From: Candidatus Latescibacterota bacterium
Lineage (GTDB): Bacteria > Latescibacterota > UBA2968
Reading direction: 5' to 3'
NCBI GenBank assembly: GCA_965222605.1
Contig: OZ244960.1
Coordinates: 4,576,001-4,640,000, forward strand
DNA length: 64,000 nt
Position numbers and translations under genes: made by a program. The notes beneath the pieces were generated by a model. It did not search any database and was not told the DNA's origin. It was given only the letters and a program-made list of their open reading frames with translations. Below are positions 36,619 to 46,374 of the stretch, in pieces. Every line of letters begins with the position of its first letter. The first letter of the stretch is position 1.

Positions 36619-37914
36619 TTAGCTCAGCTTTTTTAGCCGTTCTGCTGCTTCGCTCAGGCTGTTGAGGGTGCGGCAGAAGGCAAATCGCAAATACCGGTCG
36701 CCTTCGTTGCCCGTTGCGTAGAAGTTGTCGCCGGGTACAGGGGTGACACCGATTTCCCGGGTCATGTACAGGGCTGCATCGGTTGGGTTCATGTCGCATA
36801 AGGTGGGGACGGAGCGGTAATCGGCAAAGAGGTAGTAGGAGCCGTCGGGTGGGGTGATTTTGAAACCGGTGGATCGGAGCGCGTTGAGGAGCAGGTTCCG
36901 TTTTTGCAAGAATGGTTTGTAAATATTTTTGAAGATGGCGTCGGGCAACCGCAACAGGTGCTCGGCGCCTTTTTGCAATGGGGTGGGGGCTTGTACGACG
37001 AGGGTATCGTGTATGGCGCGAATTCGCGGGGTGTGTTGTTCGGACGATATGACCCAGCCGACGCGCCAGCCGCTGGCGTTGGCGGTTTTGGTGATGGCGT
37101 TAATGACAAAGGTGCGTTCGGCCATGCCGGCGAGCGTTGCGGGGCAGATGTGGATGCTATCGCCGTAGAGGATGTGTTCGTAGATTTCGTCGGTGATTAA
37201 AAACAGGTCGCGTTTGCAGCAGAGGTCTGCGATGAAGGCGAGTTCTGCTTCGGAAAAGACTTTGCCCGTGGGATTGTGTGGTGTGTTGAGGATGAGGGCG
37301 CGCGCGCGTTTTGCCGCGGTAGTCCATTCGTCTTTGTCGATTGCCCATCCATCGCGATTTTCGCGCAGGGTGACATATTCGCAACGCAGCCCAAAAAGGC
37401 TGGCCTGGTTGGGATACATTTCGTGAAAGGGCTGTAAGACGATGACGCTATCGCCTGGATTGCACAGGGCGCGAAGTGTTGAGGATAGTCCTTCGGTCGC
37501 GCCTGCTGTGACGGTTATTTGCGTTTCGGGATTGGGGCGAAAGGCATAGAATCGCCGGGTGTAGTCTGCAATGGCTTCCCGAAGTTCGGGCAATCCGTAG
37601 GGAAAGGAATACTGGTTGTAGCGGTCGTGCTCGGGTTGGAGGATGGCACAGAGGTCTTTGAGAGAACGGTTATCGTTCCCCTGGTTGTGCGAGAGGAGGT
37701 CGCGGAGGGTGAGAGATTGCAATTGCTCGGTGCCCTCATCGGAGCCACCCAGAATGGCGGCGATGCCCGCCCAGGCGAGGTCGTAGAGCACGGGTTCGTC
37801 TGTGATCCCCTGCGAGAGATTTACGGCATTGTGCTCAAGGGATAGGCGGGTCATGCGCCGGATAACGGATTCTTGCGGGGAAGAACCTCTTATCCCAGCA
37901 ATTTCTGTTCCCAT
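36619..37914 (-). CDS. PLP-dependent aminotransferase class I/II
   Basis: NLSQG, NTPHNPTG, DEIYEH, TKTANASGWRVG, LRFAFC. Confidence 0.9.
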   Translation of the reverse strand: MGTEIAGIRGSSPQESVIRRMTRLSLEHNAVNLSQGITDEPVLYDLAWAGIAAILGGSDEGTEQLQSLTLRDLLSHNQGNDNRSLKDLCAILQPEHDRYNQYSFPYGLPELREAIADYTRRFYAFRPNPETQITVTAGATEGLSSTLRALCNPGDSVIVLQPFHEMYPNQASLFGLRCEYVTLRENRDGWAIDKDEWTTAAKRARALILNTPHNPTGKVFSEAELAFIADLCCKRDLFLITDEIYEHILYGDSIHICPATLAGMAERTFVINAITKTANASGWRVGWVISSEQHTPRIRAIHDTLVVQAPTPLQKGAEHLLRLPDAIFKNIYKPFLQKRNLLLNALRSTGFKITPPDGSYYLFADYRSVPTLCDMNPTDAALYMTREIGVTPVPGDNFYATGNEGDRYLRFAFCRTLNSLSEAAERLKKLS

Positions 37915-39251
37915 ATTTTTATGTATTCTTCGGGCGATAGCTGGTCGTCCATTCCTTTCTGATGTTTGGCGTACATGTCTTCTGCTTGTGCTGCGATGAC
38001 CGCCGCATCTTCGGGAATTTCACCCTGGTCGCCATAGGTTTCAATCCAGTTGTCGAGGCGTGTGCTAAGGTCGTTGAGTACGTTTTGATGATCTTCTGAC
38101 TCTGCGAGGTTTTCGACTTCGTGGGGATCGGCTTGCAGGTCGTAGAGTTCTTCGTAAGGGCGATAGGGCGCGAGGAATTTTGCCTGTGCTTCGGTGAGTT
38201 TGCCTTCTTTGTCGAGTAGAGGCAGAAGTGTCCAGAGGGGGTATTGCTGGTATTTGTAGCGGTTGAATTGCATGTAGGGGCGATCGGGGTGGTAGTTGCG
38301 TATGTATTTGTAATTTTTGGTGCGTACGCAGCGGATGCGATCTACTGTGCCGTCACAGCGGTCGCGTGCAGAGAAGATTTCGTTGCGGGATTTGGCATCG
38401 GGACCGAGGAAGATGTTGCCCTCCATTTCTGGGGGGATGTCTAAACCCGCGAGCGAGAGCGAGGTGGGGGCAAAGTCTATGCCGCTGACGAGTTCATCGC
38501 TGACGACGCCTGCGTCAATGTGTCCGGGCCAGCGCACAATGCAGGGTATGCCAATGCCGCCGTCGTAGAGGAATTGTTTGTCGCGTATATGCGCGCGTCC
38601 GTGATCCGCAATGATGAAGACAATGGTGTTGTCGGCTAAGCCTTCGTCTTCAAGACGCTGGAGCACCTGTCCGACTTTGCGGTCGAAGACCTGAACGCTT
38701 TCGAGATACATGGCCCAGTCTTTTCTGATGAGGGGATGATCGGGATAATAAGGCGGTATTTCTACGGCATCGGGATCGACGGGGTTTTGCGGGTCGGGCG
38801 TGAAGTTGCGATGGGTGTCTGTGATGTTGTTCTGGGCGTAAAAGGGTTGGCCTTCGGCGCGTTGGGTCCAGTCGATGCCGTCAAAGACGCCATTGCGCTG
38901 GAAGTTGAAGTCGGTTTTGCCGGATTTGTCGAAGGGCGGTCCCGGGCTGTTGCAGGTGTAATAGCCCGCATCGCGGAAGTAGTCGGTGATGAGTCGAATG
39001 TGTTCGGGCAATGGGGTGTCGCGTTTGCTGCGATGATTGTGCGCGCCAAAGCTGGTTTGATGGCGGCCGGTGATGATGGCCGATCTGCTTGGGGAACACA
39101 CCGGACAGGTGACAAACGCATTTGTAAATAGCGTGCCTTCCGAAGCGAATTTGTCGATGTTGGGTGTTTGCACGACTGGCGTGCCATAACAGGCGAGGTT
39201 GGGATAGAGGTCTTCGCCATAGATCCAGAGGATATTGGGTTTATTGGGCAT
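37890..39251 (-). CDS. Sulfatase
   Basis: PNILW; CSPSRSAIITG (CxPxR); start ATG 39251. Confidence 0.93.
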   Translation of the reverse strand: MPNKPNILWIYGEDLYPNLACYGTPVVQTPNIDKFASEGTLFTNAFVTCPVCSPSRSAIITGRHQTSFGAHNHRSKRDTPLPEHIRLITDYFRDAGYYTCNSPGPPFDKSGKTDFNFQRNGVFDGIDWTQRAEGQPFYAQNNITDTHRNFTPDPQNPVDPDAVEIPPYYPDHPLIRKDWAMYLESVQVFDRKVGQVLQRLEDEGLADNTIVFIIADHGRAHIRDKQFLYDGGIGIPCIVRWPGHIDAGVVSDELVSGIDFAPTSLSLAGLDIPPEMEGNIFLGPDAKSRNEIFSARDRCDGTVDRIRCVRTKNYKYIRNYHPDRPYMQFNRYKYQQYPLWTLLPLLDKEGKLTEAQAKFLAPYRPYEELYDLQADPHEVENLAESEDHQNVLNDLSTRLDNWIETYGDQGEIPEDAAVIAAQAEDMYAKHQKGMDDQLSPEEYIKIWEQKLLG

Positions 39252-39295
39252 TGTGAGAGATCCATTCGTAAATGTGGTTCTGGTGATCGGATAAT

Positions 39296-39323
39296 GTAGG
39301 GGCAGGTCCCTGTGCCTGCCCGT
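39296..39323 (+). repeat. GTAG-type REP-like palindrome
   Basis: GTAG-GGGCAGGTCCCTGTGCCTGCCC; similar copy at 46247. Confidence 0.65.
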
Positions 39324-39337
39324 CAGGTAGCTGAAGG

Positions 39338-40141
39338 TTATCGCGCGTCGCACGCTTGTAGCGATGCCTGCATGTGCCCGCGGGTTTCCGCACCGATGAT
39401 GCAGCACTGTTCCAGGCTGTATCCCTTGGCTTTGGTGCCGATGACTTCGAGGTTGACGGGTCCGTCGTAACCGTTTTCGTGCAGGACGCGGATATAACCG
39501 ACGAGGTCGATGTCGCCGCGGCCGTTGGCCTGGTTTTCGGGGTCGCCAGGGCCGCGTTCGCGCCCTTTGCAGTCGCGGATGTGGACGTGTTTGACGCGCG
39601 AGACGACGGCTGCGATAGCTTCTACTGGATTTTCGTTTGCGCGGTGGATGTGCGAGGGGTCCATGTCAATGCCAAAGGCGGGGGATGAGATGGCTTCCAT
39701 TGCCCGCAGGGTGGTTGGGGTGTTGTAGATGGCGGCACCCACATGGGCTTTGACGCAGAGGGTTACGCCGTATTTTTCGGCCATGTCGGCGAGGCTGCCG
39801 AGGGAATCGATGCTTTGTTGGAAGGTTTCTTCGTCATCTGATTTTCCACCCGGACCGCAATTGACGACGGGAATGCCGGCTTCGTTTGCCGCTTGAAATG
39901 CTTTTTCCATTGTGTCGGGGTCTTGCCTGGGTTGCTCCATGGCGAGGAGTTCGAGGCCGTATTCACGTCCCAGACGCCTGGCTTCCCGGGCTGTTTCGCG
40001 CCAGTTGTCGAGAACGAGGTGCTGGCTCATGCCGCCAATTGCCGCGACTTCTATGCCGTCGTATCCGGCCATGGCGGTGTACTTAAAAGCGGTTTCCATG
40101 TCCCACGCGCCAAAAAGAACAGAGTTGAGTCCGAGTTTCAT
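39338..40141 (-). CDS. Sugar phosphate isomerase/epimerase (TIM barrel)
   Basis: GYDGIE, DMDPSH, HVHIRD, GYDG.VNLE. Confidence 0.85.
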   Translation of the reverse strand: MKLGLNSVLFGAWDMETAFKYTAMAGYDGIEVAAIGGMSQHLVLDNWRETAREARRLGREYGLELLAMEQPRQDPDTMEKAFQAANEAGIPVVNCGPGGKSDDEETFQQSIDSLGSLADMAEKYGVTLCVKAHVGAAIYNTPTTLRAMEAISSPAFGIDMDPSHIHRANENPVEAIAAVVSRVKHVHIRDCKGRERGPGDPENQANGRGDIDLVGYIRVLHENGYDGPVNLEVIGTKAKGYSLEQCCIIGAETRGHMQASLQACDAR

Positions 40142-40179
40142 GTTTCCTCCTGTAAGGGGTTTGGTGCTGTAACTGATTA

Positions 40180-41232
40180 TTATGACTGCATCGCCGGCAA
40201 GTCTGTTCGCGATCCTCGTACGTCTATCGCTGCTCTGGAGAGCCGAGCCTGGGGTGCTTCGCCATTTAAGATCCGCTCAAAATCATCGCCGATTACTATG
40301 GCGACCTGTAAGTTCGCATCTCGCGTGCGTCCGGCAATATGGGGTGTGTGGACGACATTGACCCGATTGCGCAATAGATCGTCAGTAGGTACTGGCTCGT
40401 TGTCATATACGTCAAATGCGCCAGCGAGTTCATTGGCGATAATGCGTTCCCGCAATGCGTCCATATCGACGGCATGTGCGCGCGTGGTGATTACGACCAG
40501 GCTGCCTTTACGCAACCGATAAATGCGTTCTCGCGATAGGATTTTTGTTGCCGATGGTGTTGGCGGTATGGTGACAACGACTATCTCGCATTCATCTATG
40601 AGGGTGTCCATCTCTACGCCTTCCACGCCCAGTTCATCCAACCGCGATTTTGGAATAAATGGATCGTAGCCCAGCACGCGCGCGCCGAGCGCATTGCACC
40701 ACGACGCCATCCGACCGCCGATTTGTCCCAGTCCCATGACGCCGACTGTTTTGGTTCCCAATGTGCCGTTGACGAAATCTGGGTTGTCGCAAAATTGCGC
40801 GTATTCAAAATTCCACAGGCGTTCTCCCGATGCCATGCGTTTGTGCCACTGTGGTATCATGCGCAGCGCATTTAATGTTAGCGCGAGTGTGATTTCTGCG
40901 ACAGATGCCGCCCACGCGCGCGTGCCATCAATGATGGGGATATCGCGTTCAAACATGCCATCGACTGGAAGAGAGCGATGGCCCCAATTATCCAGCACCC
41001 CTCCCACAGCTTTTAATTCGGGCGCGCGTGCCAAACACGCTTCTGTCAACTTCCCGCCGAATAGCGCGATGGCAGATACATGCGATAAGTCCGTCACTTC
41101 CCCAAGTGGCACGCCGCGTTCCACCTGTACCACGCGCACTTCATCCAATTCATTTAGTCGCGCCATCATTGCCTCTGGCACAAACGGCCACGATCGTTCC
41201 AAATTTTTTGTCCGAGCAAACAAAATCGCCAT
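40180..41232 (-). CDS. D-isomer 2-hydroxyacid dehydrogenase family
   Basis: GVMGLGQIG, DVYDNEP, TPHIAG. Confidence 0.88.
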   Translation of the reverse strand: MAILFARTKNLERSWPFVPEAMMARLNELDEVRVVQVERGVPLGEVTDLSHVSAIALFGGKLTEACLARAPELKAVGGVLDNWGHRSLPVDGMFERDIPIIDGTRAWAASVAEITLALTLNALRMIPQWHKRMASGERLWNFEYAQFCDNPDFVNGTLGTKTVGVMGLGQIGGRMASWCNALGARVLGYDPFIPKSRLDELGVEGVEMDTLIDECEIVVVTIPPTPSATKILSRERIYRLRKGSLVVITTRAHAVDMDALRERIIANELAGAFDVYDNEPVPTDDLLRNRVNVVHTPHIAGRTRDANLQVAIVIGDDFERILNGEAPQARLSRAAIDVRGSRTDLPAMQS

Positions 41233-41383
41233 TGTCCATCCTTTCTATTGATTATCAAAAATAACGTCATTATTGTTTTTTATAAATAGCAAGATAATGC
41301 GTCTTGCCTGGACAAACAAGACCCAAAAAATGCGGATGCATTGTATGTGTGGAGGGGGGAAACCAACTGCGCTGAGCCTGCAA

Positions 41384-41413
41384 ACGGGTTCGCTCGGAGT
41401 TGGGCGAACCCGT
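41384..41413. terminator. Hairpin downstream of the YWTD gene (possible terminator)
   Basis: ACGGGTTCGCTC...GGGCGAACCCGT. Confidence 0.55.
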
Positions 41414-41425
41414 GGTTTTCATAGC

Positions 41426-42628
41426 CTATGGCGCGAGCATCAGGGCGATGCCTTGTGGATTAACCAATCCAGAGATGACGAGGGCTTCGGGGCTGGAGCC
41501 ATCGAGGTTGGCACGCCAGATTGTACCATCATTGACGTTGGCCGTGCCGGCATCTGCCCAGTACATCTTTGGGGGGTCGCTTGTCAGGTCCAGAGCAATG
41601 TCGCGCGGGGTGGTGGCTGGGCCTGCGAGTGATTGTTCGGCGATTGTTCTGGTGTTGAGGATATCTTCTGGTTCAGTGCCATCGAGGTTGGCTCGCCGTA
41701 TTCTATCCCTGACGATGTCTGTCCAGTACATTTTTCCCGCGGCCACATCCAGGGCAATGCCTCTTGGAACCCGCAAGAAGTTGTCGTAAGTGAGGAGGGT
41801 TTCAACATTGGAGCCATCGAGGTTGGCACGCTGGATTTTATCGTCCTGTAGAGCGTTGGGGCCACCCGTGCCGGAGTCTGTCCAGTACATTTTGCCTCCG
41901 GCCACATCCAGGGCGATGCTCTGTGGATTAACCAATCCAGAGGTGACGAGGGCTTCGGGACTGGAGCCGTCGAGATTGGCGCGCCAGATTTTACCTTCTT
42001 CGATGTTGAGTGTGCCGGCATCTACCCAGTACATCTTTTGGGGATCGCTTACCAGGTCCAGAGCAACGTCGCGCGGGGTGGTGGCCGGGCCACCGAGTGA
42101 CTGCCCGGCGATTGTTCTGGTAATGATGACATCTTCTACGTTAGAACCATCCAAATCGGCACGCCGGATTCTATCTCTGGTGGCGTCCGTCCAGTATATT
42201 TTGCCCCCCGCCGCATCCATGCCCATTGGAAGTCGCAAAAAGTTTTGGAAGGTGAAGAGGGTTTCGACGTTGGAGCCGTCGAGGTTGGCGCGCTGGATTT
42301 TATCATCCTGCATGGGCGTGGGGTTACCCGTGCCGGAGTCTGTCCAGTATATCTTGCCCATAGCCTTAGGCGCTTCTTTGCCAAAGCTCCCGGCGAATAT
42401 CAGAAAATCTCCAAACCCGACTTCGCCGTCGCCATCCAGATCGAATCGGGCTTCATACCTCTCATCGCCCTGACGCGCCCCGAAATTGCCCACAAACTGC
42501 AAAAAGTCGGGAAAATCGACAACGCCGCTTCCATCAAAGTCTGGATTACCTGACTGTAACTCAACCCTGGCTTGAAGCGGTTGAGTCAAAAGACCGATGG
42601 ATAGGATTGCAAAAATTAATAGACGCAT
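41426..42628 (-). CDS. Secreted dockerin-like plus LDL-receptor class B (YWTD) six-bladed propeller protein
   Basis: Signal peptide from ATG 42628; DFDGSGVVDFPDF...DLDGDGEVGFGDF; six K(I/M)YW(T/V/A)D...RA(N/D)LDG repeats. Confidence 0.9.
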   Translation of the reverse strand: MRLLIFAILSIGLLTQPLQARVELQSGNPDFDGSGVVDFPDFLQFVGNFGARQGDERYEARFDLDGDGEVGFGDFLIFAGSFGKEAPKAMGKIYWTDSGTGNPTPMQDDKIQRANLDGSNVETLFTFQNFLRLPMGMDAAGGKIYWTDATRDRIRRADLDGSNVEDVIITRTIAGQSLGGPATTPRDVALDLVSDPQKMYWVDAGTLNIEEGKIWRANLDGSSPEALVTSGLVNPQSIALDVAGGKMYWTDSGTGGPNALQDDKIQRANLDGSNVETLLTYDNFLRVPRGIALDVAAGKMYWTDIVRDRIRRANLDGTEPEDILNTRTIAEQSLAGPATTPRDIALDLTSDPPKMYWADAGTANVNDGTIWRANLDGSSPEALVISGLVNPQGIALMLAP

Positions 42629-42850
42629 GGTTCTCCTCCCTCTTGTTAGAGTTTTAGCGTTTTTATTAGCTCTCATAAGGCATGATAACATGACTGTCAG
42701 GGATTTGCCAACTAAAAATTGATGATGCCCGAACTTGAGAAGCTGTTTTAGAATCCTCAGGAGTCTGGCTGTACAGAATTTTTTTGACTTATGCGTTCTA
42801 CATGTTATCATGCGTCAGATATAAACCACAACCTATCAGGAGATTTGACT

Positions 42851-43603
42851 ATGAGTAGCAAAGTTGCAATCGTCACTGGCGCGGGCAGCGGGATTGGGAA
42901 ACATACCACGCTTGCCTTTTTGGACGCGGGATATTCAGTTGCCCTGGCAGGACGACGCGAAGATCCCTTGAAAGCCACGGTGTGTGAAGCGGGTGTAGAT
43001 GATTCAAAAACGCTCGTTGTACCCACAGATGTTGGCGATCCTGCGTCTGTGGAAAATCTTTTTGCACAGACAAAAGAGAAATTTGGACGCCTGGATGTGC
43101 TTTTTAACAACGCGGGCGTGGGCGCACCTGGCATCAATCTCGAGGATTTGGCTTTTGAGCAATGGCAAACTGTGGTCAATACCAATTTAACGGGTGTCTT
43201 TCTGTGTATTCAAGAGGCATTTAAAATTATGAAAGACCAGACGCCCCGGGGCGGGAGGATCATCAATAATGGGTCGATATCGGCGCATGTTCCCCGTCCA
43301 AATTCTGCGCCTTATACGGCGACCAAACACGCGGTGTCTGGTCTGACCAAATCCGCTTCGCTCGATGGGCGCAAATACGATATCGCCTGCGGGCAAATTG
43401 ATATTGGCAATGCGGCGACCGATATGACCGAGCGCATGAAAAACGGTGTTCCGCAAGCCAATGGGACTACTCTGGTAGAACCCACGATGGACGTCAAAGG
43501 CGTCGCGCAAGCCGTGCTCCATATGGCGAGCCTTCCGTTAGATGCAAATGTTCAGTTTCTGACGATTATGGCGACCAAGATGCCTTATATTGGTCGCGGG
43601 TGA
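42851..43603 (+). CDS. Short-chain dehydrogenase/reductase
   Basis: [17 protein letters not shown]. Confidence 0.93.
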   Translation: MSSKVAIVTGAGSGIGKHTTLAFLDAGYSVALAGRREDPLKATVCEAGVDDSKTLVVPTDVGDPASVENLFAQTKEKFGRLDVLFNNAGVGAPGINLEDLAFEQWQTVVNTNLTGVFLCIQEAFKIMKDQTPRGGRIINNGSISAHVPRPNSAPYTATKHAVSGLTKSASLDGRKYDIACGQIDIGNAATDMTERMKNGVPQANGTTLVEPTMDVKGVAQAVLHMASLPLDANVQFLTIMATKMPYIGRG

Positions 43604-43626
43604 CAGAAGAATATATCCCTAAAAAC

Positions 43627-43656
43627 AAAAGACCGGACGTTTTGTCCGGTCTTTTT
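43627..43656. terminator. Bidirectional terminator between convergent genes
   Basis: AAAAGACCGGAC-GTTTT-GTCCGGTCTTTTT. Confidence 0.85.
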
Positions 43657-43678
43657 GGTTTGTACTATGGGAGAGGGG

Positions 43679-46165
43679 TTACATCCCCAGCATGTATGAG
43701 ATTTTTACGAGAACGGCTCGGTTTCTTTCGTTCCATTCGCGCAGGATATCCCGGTTATCCAGATCGTGGTCGTAAGTCACATCAAAGCCCTGGTCGTAAA
43801 CAAAGTAAATATCGCTGCCGGGGCGGAAGCGGTAATTCAGCAATACGTTCACGCTGGCCTGTTCGCTGTCATTGTTCCACTGGGCGAATAGTTTGACATA
43901 AAAGTCCGTGGAAAATGAATAGATCAAGCGGTTGCTCAATACCTGAATATTGAAGTTGCCCTGTGGCAAGCGCAGCCAGTTGACTTCGTAATCCGTTTCA
44001 ATCGAAAGTTTGCCCGAAGGTCTGTAGCTGTTTTCGAGTGAAAGTTTATATCGCTTGCCGGTATAATAGTTGCCGATTTCAATATCGAACTCGGGGCGGA
44101 CTTTCCGCGAGCGACTTGGATAGGGACCGGTTCTGAATTTCGTAAAATTGTATGTGCCGTGTGGGATTATTATATCTGGTCGTTTTTTTGAAGGCTTGAA
44201 CGTGCGCTCGACCACGTCGTGCGTTCGCGTAAATTCGACGCGATACCAGTCCCCGGCATTGAATCGCGTATAAGTAGATACCTGCAAATCCCAGAATTTG
44301 ACTTTATTTATTGGGTCACCTGGATCTGTAATGAGCCGAAATCGCGGTCCCGTGGAAATATAGCGAGTGAGATGCGTTCTGGCGGGTATTCGCGCCCTGA
44401 ATCGTGCCTCGTATCGCCGAAGCCTCTCCAATCCAGCGCGGCGGTTGACAAATCCGGCTTTGGGTTGAAAATGCTCCCCTATATCGACATATTTTAGCGT
44501 GCTGGAATAAATACCCCCCGAATAGGTACCCTGTAAAAATCCCGCAGCCCCTGTTTGCGTGCCTTCAGCAGAATCCCAGGTTTGCGCGTAAAATCCCTGA
44601 AAATTGAGGGCATTGGATGGAGAAAAACTGAAATCAATTCCGGCAGCGCGGTTGTATTGATCCCAACCCGAGTCCGGAACAGGGGTTTGTTTGTTCACAA
44701 CAATCGCACCGATATTTGATCGCCCCAGCACATCGTGCTTCAGGCGCAACACCGAGAAATTGCTGCGCTGAACAACTGTATCATCCTGAAGCGTTTTGGA
44801 ATCTGTCAATACATTTAATGCACCAATACTCGTCTTGCCAGCTTTGCCCGCCAGTTTGCTGCCCAAAAGAATTGGTACAGGCTCCCCGGATTCCAGGCCG
44901 ATTCGGCGGCTGTAAAACAAGATCGTAGGTGGCCGGCTGTCTCCGCCGCGTCTCGTGGCGGCTTCGCCAAAGTCAAAGAGATTGGATCCTTCCAGGAAGA
45001 ATTCGCGCTTTTCGGGAAAGAATTGTGAGAATTGCGTCAGGTTCACTTGCTCTTGATCCCCTTCAACCTGGGCAAAATCTGTATTATAAGACAGGTCCAG
45101 CACCATATTGGGTGTGAGGCCATATCGCATATCCACACCCGCTTCAAAAGACTTTTGCACAGATGGATCGTCTGCCTGCAAATCCTTCAGGGCACCGGGC
45201 AACACATAGGGTTTGAACTGAAATACCCGCTTGGTCTTTAAGGACTTCAGCCCTCTGAGTTCTGCGAGATCTGTCGTGCGATAGCGCTGCGTTGGGGATG
45301 TCGATCTTTGCCCCACCATCAATGCTGTCGATTCGGTCTTGCGGGCAATAAATCGCGCCAGGTTAATACCCCATACTGCATCCTCTTTGTCCTTAAATCG
45401 CAATTGATCGAATGGAATCGCCACCTCAACCGACCATCCTTTGTCGTGCCGGTGTCCTTTGGCTTCCCAAATACAATCCCAATCTTCGTTATAGGTGCGG
45501 CCTTCCCGCGATAGGATCAAATCGCGTTTTGCACCCAGGGAGTTGACAAAAAAGAATGCCCCGGTTTGACGGTCGTTATAAGTGTCCAAAAGAATTTGCA
45601 CATTGTCATCGCCCCACAATTCGGAATCGCGTCGCATGTTATTTGCCACGATTTTTTGTGGTTCAGAATCAAAACATTCAAACCCGAAATAAATTTTTGC
45701 CCGGTCATAAATAATACGGGCTGTTGTGCGTTCGGTGCTCGGCACCCAGTATCCCGGATCGCGCTGTACAAATCCCTCAATGGGTTTTGCATTCTGCCAC
45801 GCAGCATCGTCCAAACGCCCGTCCATTTTGGGACCTTTATCCACGCGGACGGCGTAAACAGCGCGCGAGGCATCGTCAGAAGCGCGTGTGGTGACAATGC
45901 GAATGCGATCCGATACCTTTACGGGCGAGCCGTTTTCTTCGACTACGCGAGCTACGAGCACGTCGTCGTCGAGTTTTTTGATGACCTGAAGCGTCGATCC
46001 ATTATCCACCTGCAATTGACTGCCCAGAGTCGCGGCTCCATTGAGTCCAGATACATAAGCGAGATCGCCCGTGATTTCTTTCACAACGCCGGCTGTATCT
46101 TCACCCTCAGCTGGCTGCGCGCAAATCGCTATACAGATAAGCCCAAGCAAGCACGCTCTGATCAT
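43679..46165 (-). CDS. Outer-membrane protein with CBM9-like and DUF5916 domains
   Basis: P.MDGRLDD.AW, GWSVEVAIPF, NTDFAQVE.D, FFPEKREFFLEG, FYSRRIG. Confidence 0.85.
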   Translation of the reverse strand: MIRACLLGLICIAICAQPAEGEDTAGVVKEITGDLAYVSGLNGAATLGSQLQVDNGSTLQVIKKLDDDVLVARVVEENGSPVKVSDRIRIVTTRASDDASRAVYAVRVDKGPKMDGRLDDAAWQNAKPIEGFVQRDPGYWVPSTERTTARIIYDRAKIYFGFECFDSEPQKIVANNMRRDSELWGDDNVQILLDTYNDRQTGAFFFVNSLGAKRDLILSREGRTYNEDWDCIWEAKGHRHDKGWSVEVAIPFDQLRFKDKEDAVWGINLARFIARKTESTALMVGQRSTSPTQRYRTTDLAELRGLKSLKTKRVFQFKPYVLPGALKDLQADDPSVQKSFEAGVDMRYGLTPNMVLDLSYNTDFAQVEGDQEQVNLTQFSQFFPEKREFFLEGSNLFDFGEAATRRGGDSRPPTILFYSRRIGLESGEPVPILLGSKLAGKAGKTSIGALNVLTDSKTLQDDTVVQRSNFSVLRLKHDVLGRSNIGAIVVNKQTPVPDSGWDQYNRAAGIDFSFSPSNALNFQGFYAQTWDSAEGTQTGAAGFLQGTYSGGIYSSTLKYVDIGEHFQPKAGFVNRRAGLERLRRYEARFRARIPARTHLTRYISTGPRFRLITDPGDPINKVKFWDLQVSTYTRFNAGDWYRVEFTRTHDVVERTFKPSKKRPDIIIPHGTYNFTKFRTGPYPSRSRKVRPEFDIEIGNYYTGKRYKLSLENSYRPSGKLSIETDYEVNWLRLPQGNFNIQVLSNRLIYSFSTDFYVKLFAQWNNDSEQASVNVLLNYRFRPGSDIYFVYDQGFDVTYDHDLDNRDILREWNERNRAVLVKISYMLGM

Positions 46166-46246
46166 ATTTTTGCTCCTGAGGAAGTTGTTGGAAGTTATTA
46201 CCCGATGCTTCGCTACGGGAATAAAAATAAAAGAAACGTATGGTAT

Positions 46247-46275
46247 GTAGGGGCGGTGCCCCTGTGCCCGCCCGT
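46247..46275 (+). repeat. GTAG-type REP-like palindrome
   Basis: GTAG-GGGCGGTGCCCCTGTGCCCGCCC. Confidence 0.65.
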
Positions 46276-46374
46276 GCTGAAGCATCTGACCACAAGTAAG
46301 AACTTACTTACTTATACCTAATGTAATAAAAAATAAAAATTCCGCATCTTTTTTTGTAGGAGAGCAGAGAGGAT

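Noticed and set aside
39252-39407. N-terminal extensions in the ORF track (here and at 3006, 26889, 42811, 46285)
   Set aside because: They run through REP-like, intergenic or neighbouring-gene sequence; downstream ATGs fit RBS, signal peptide or family starts better
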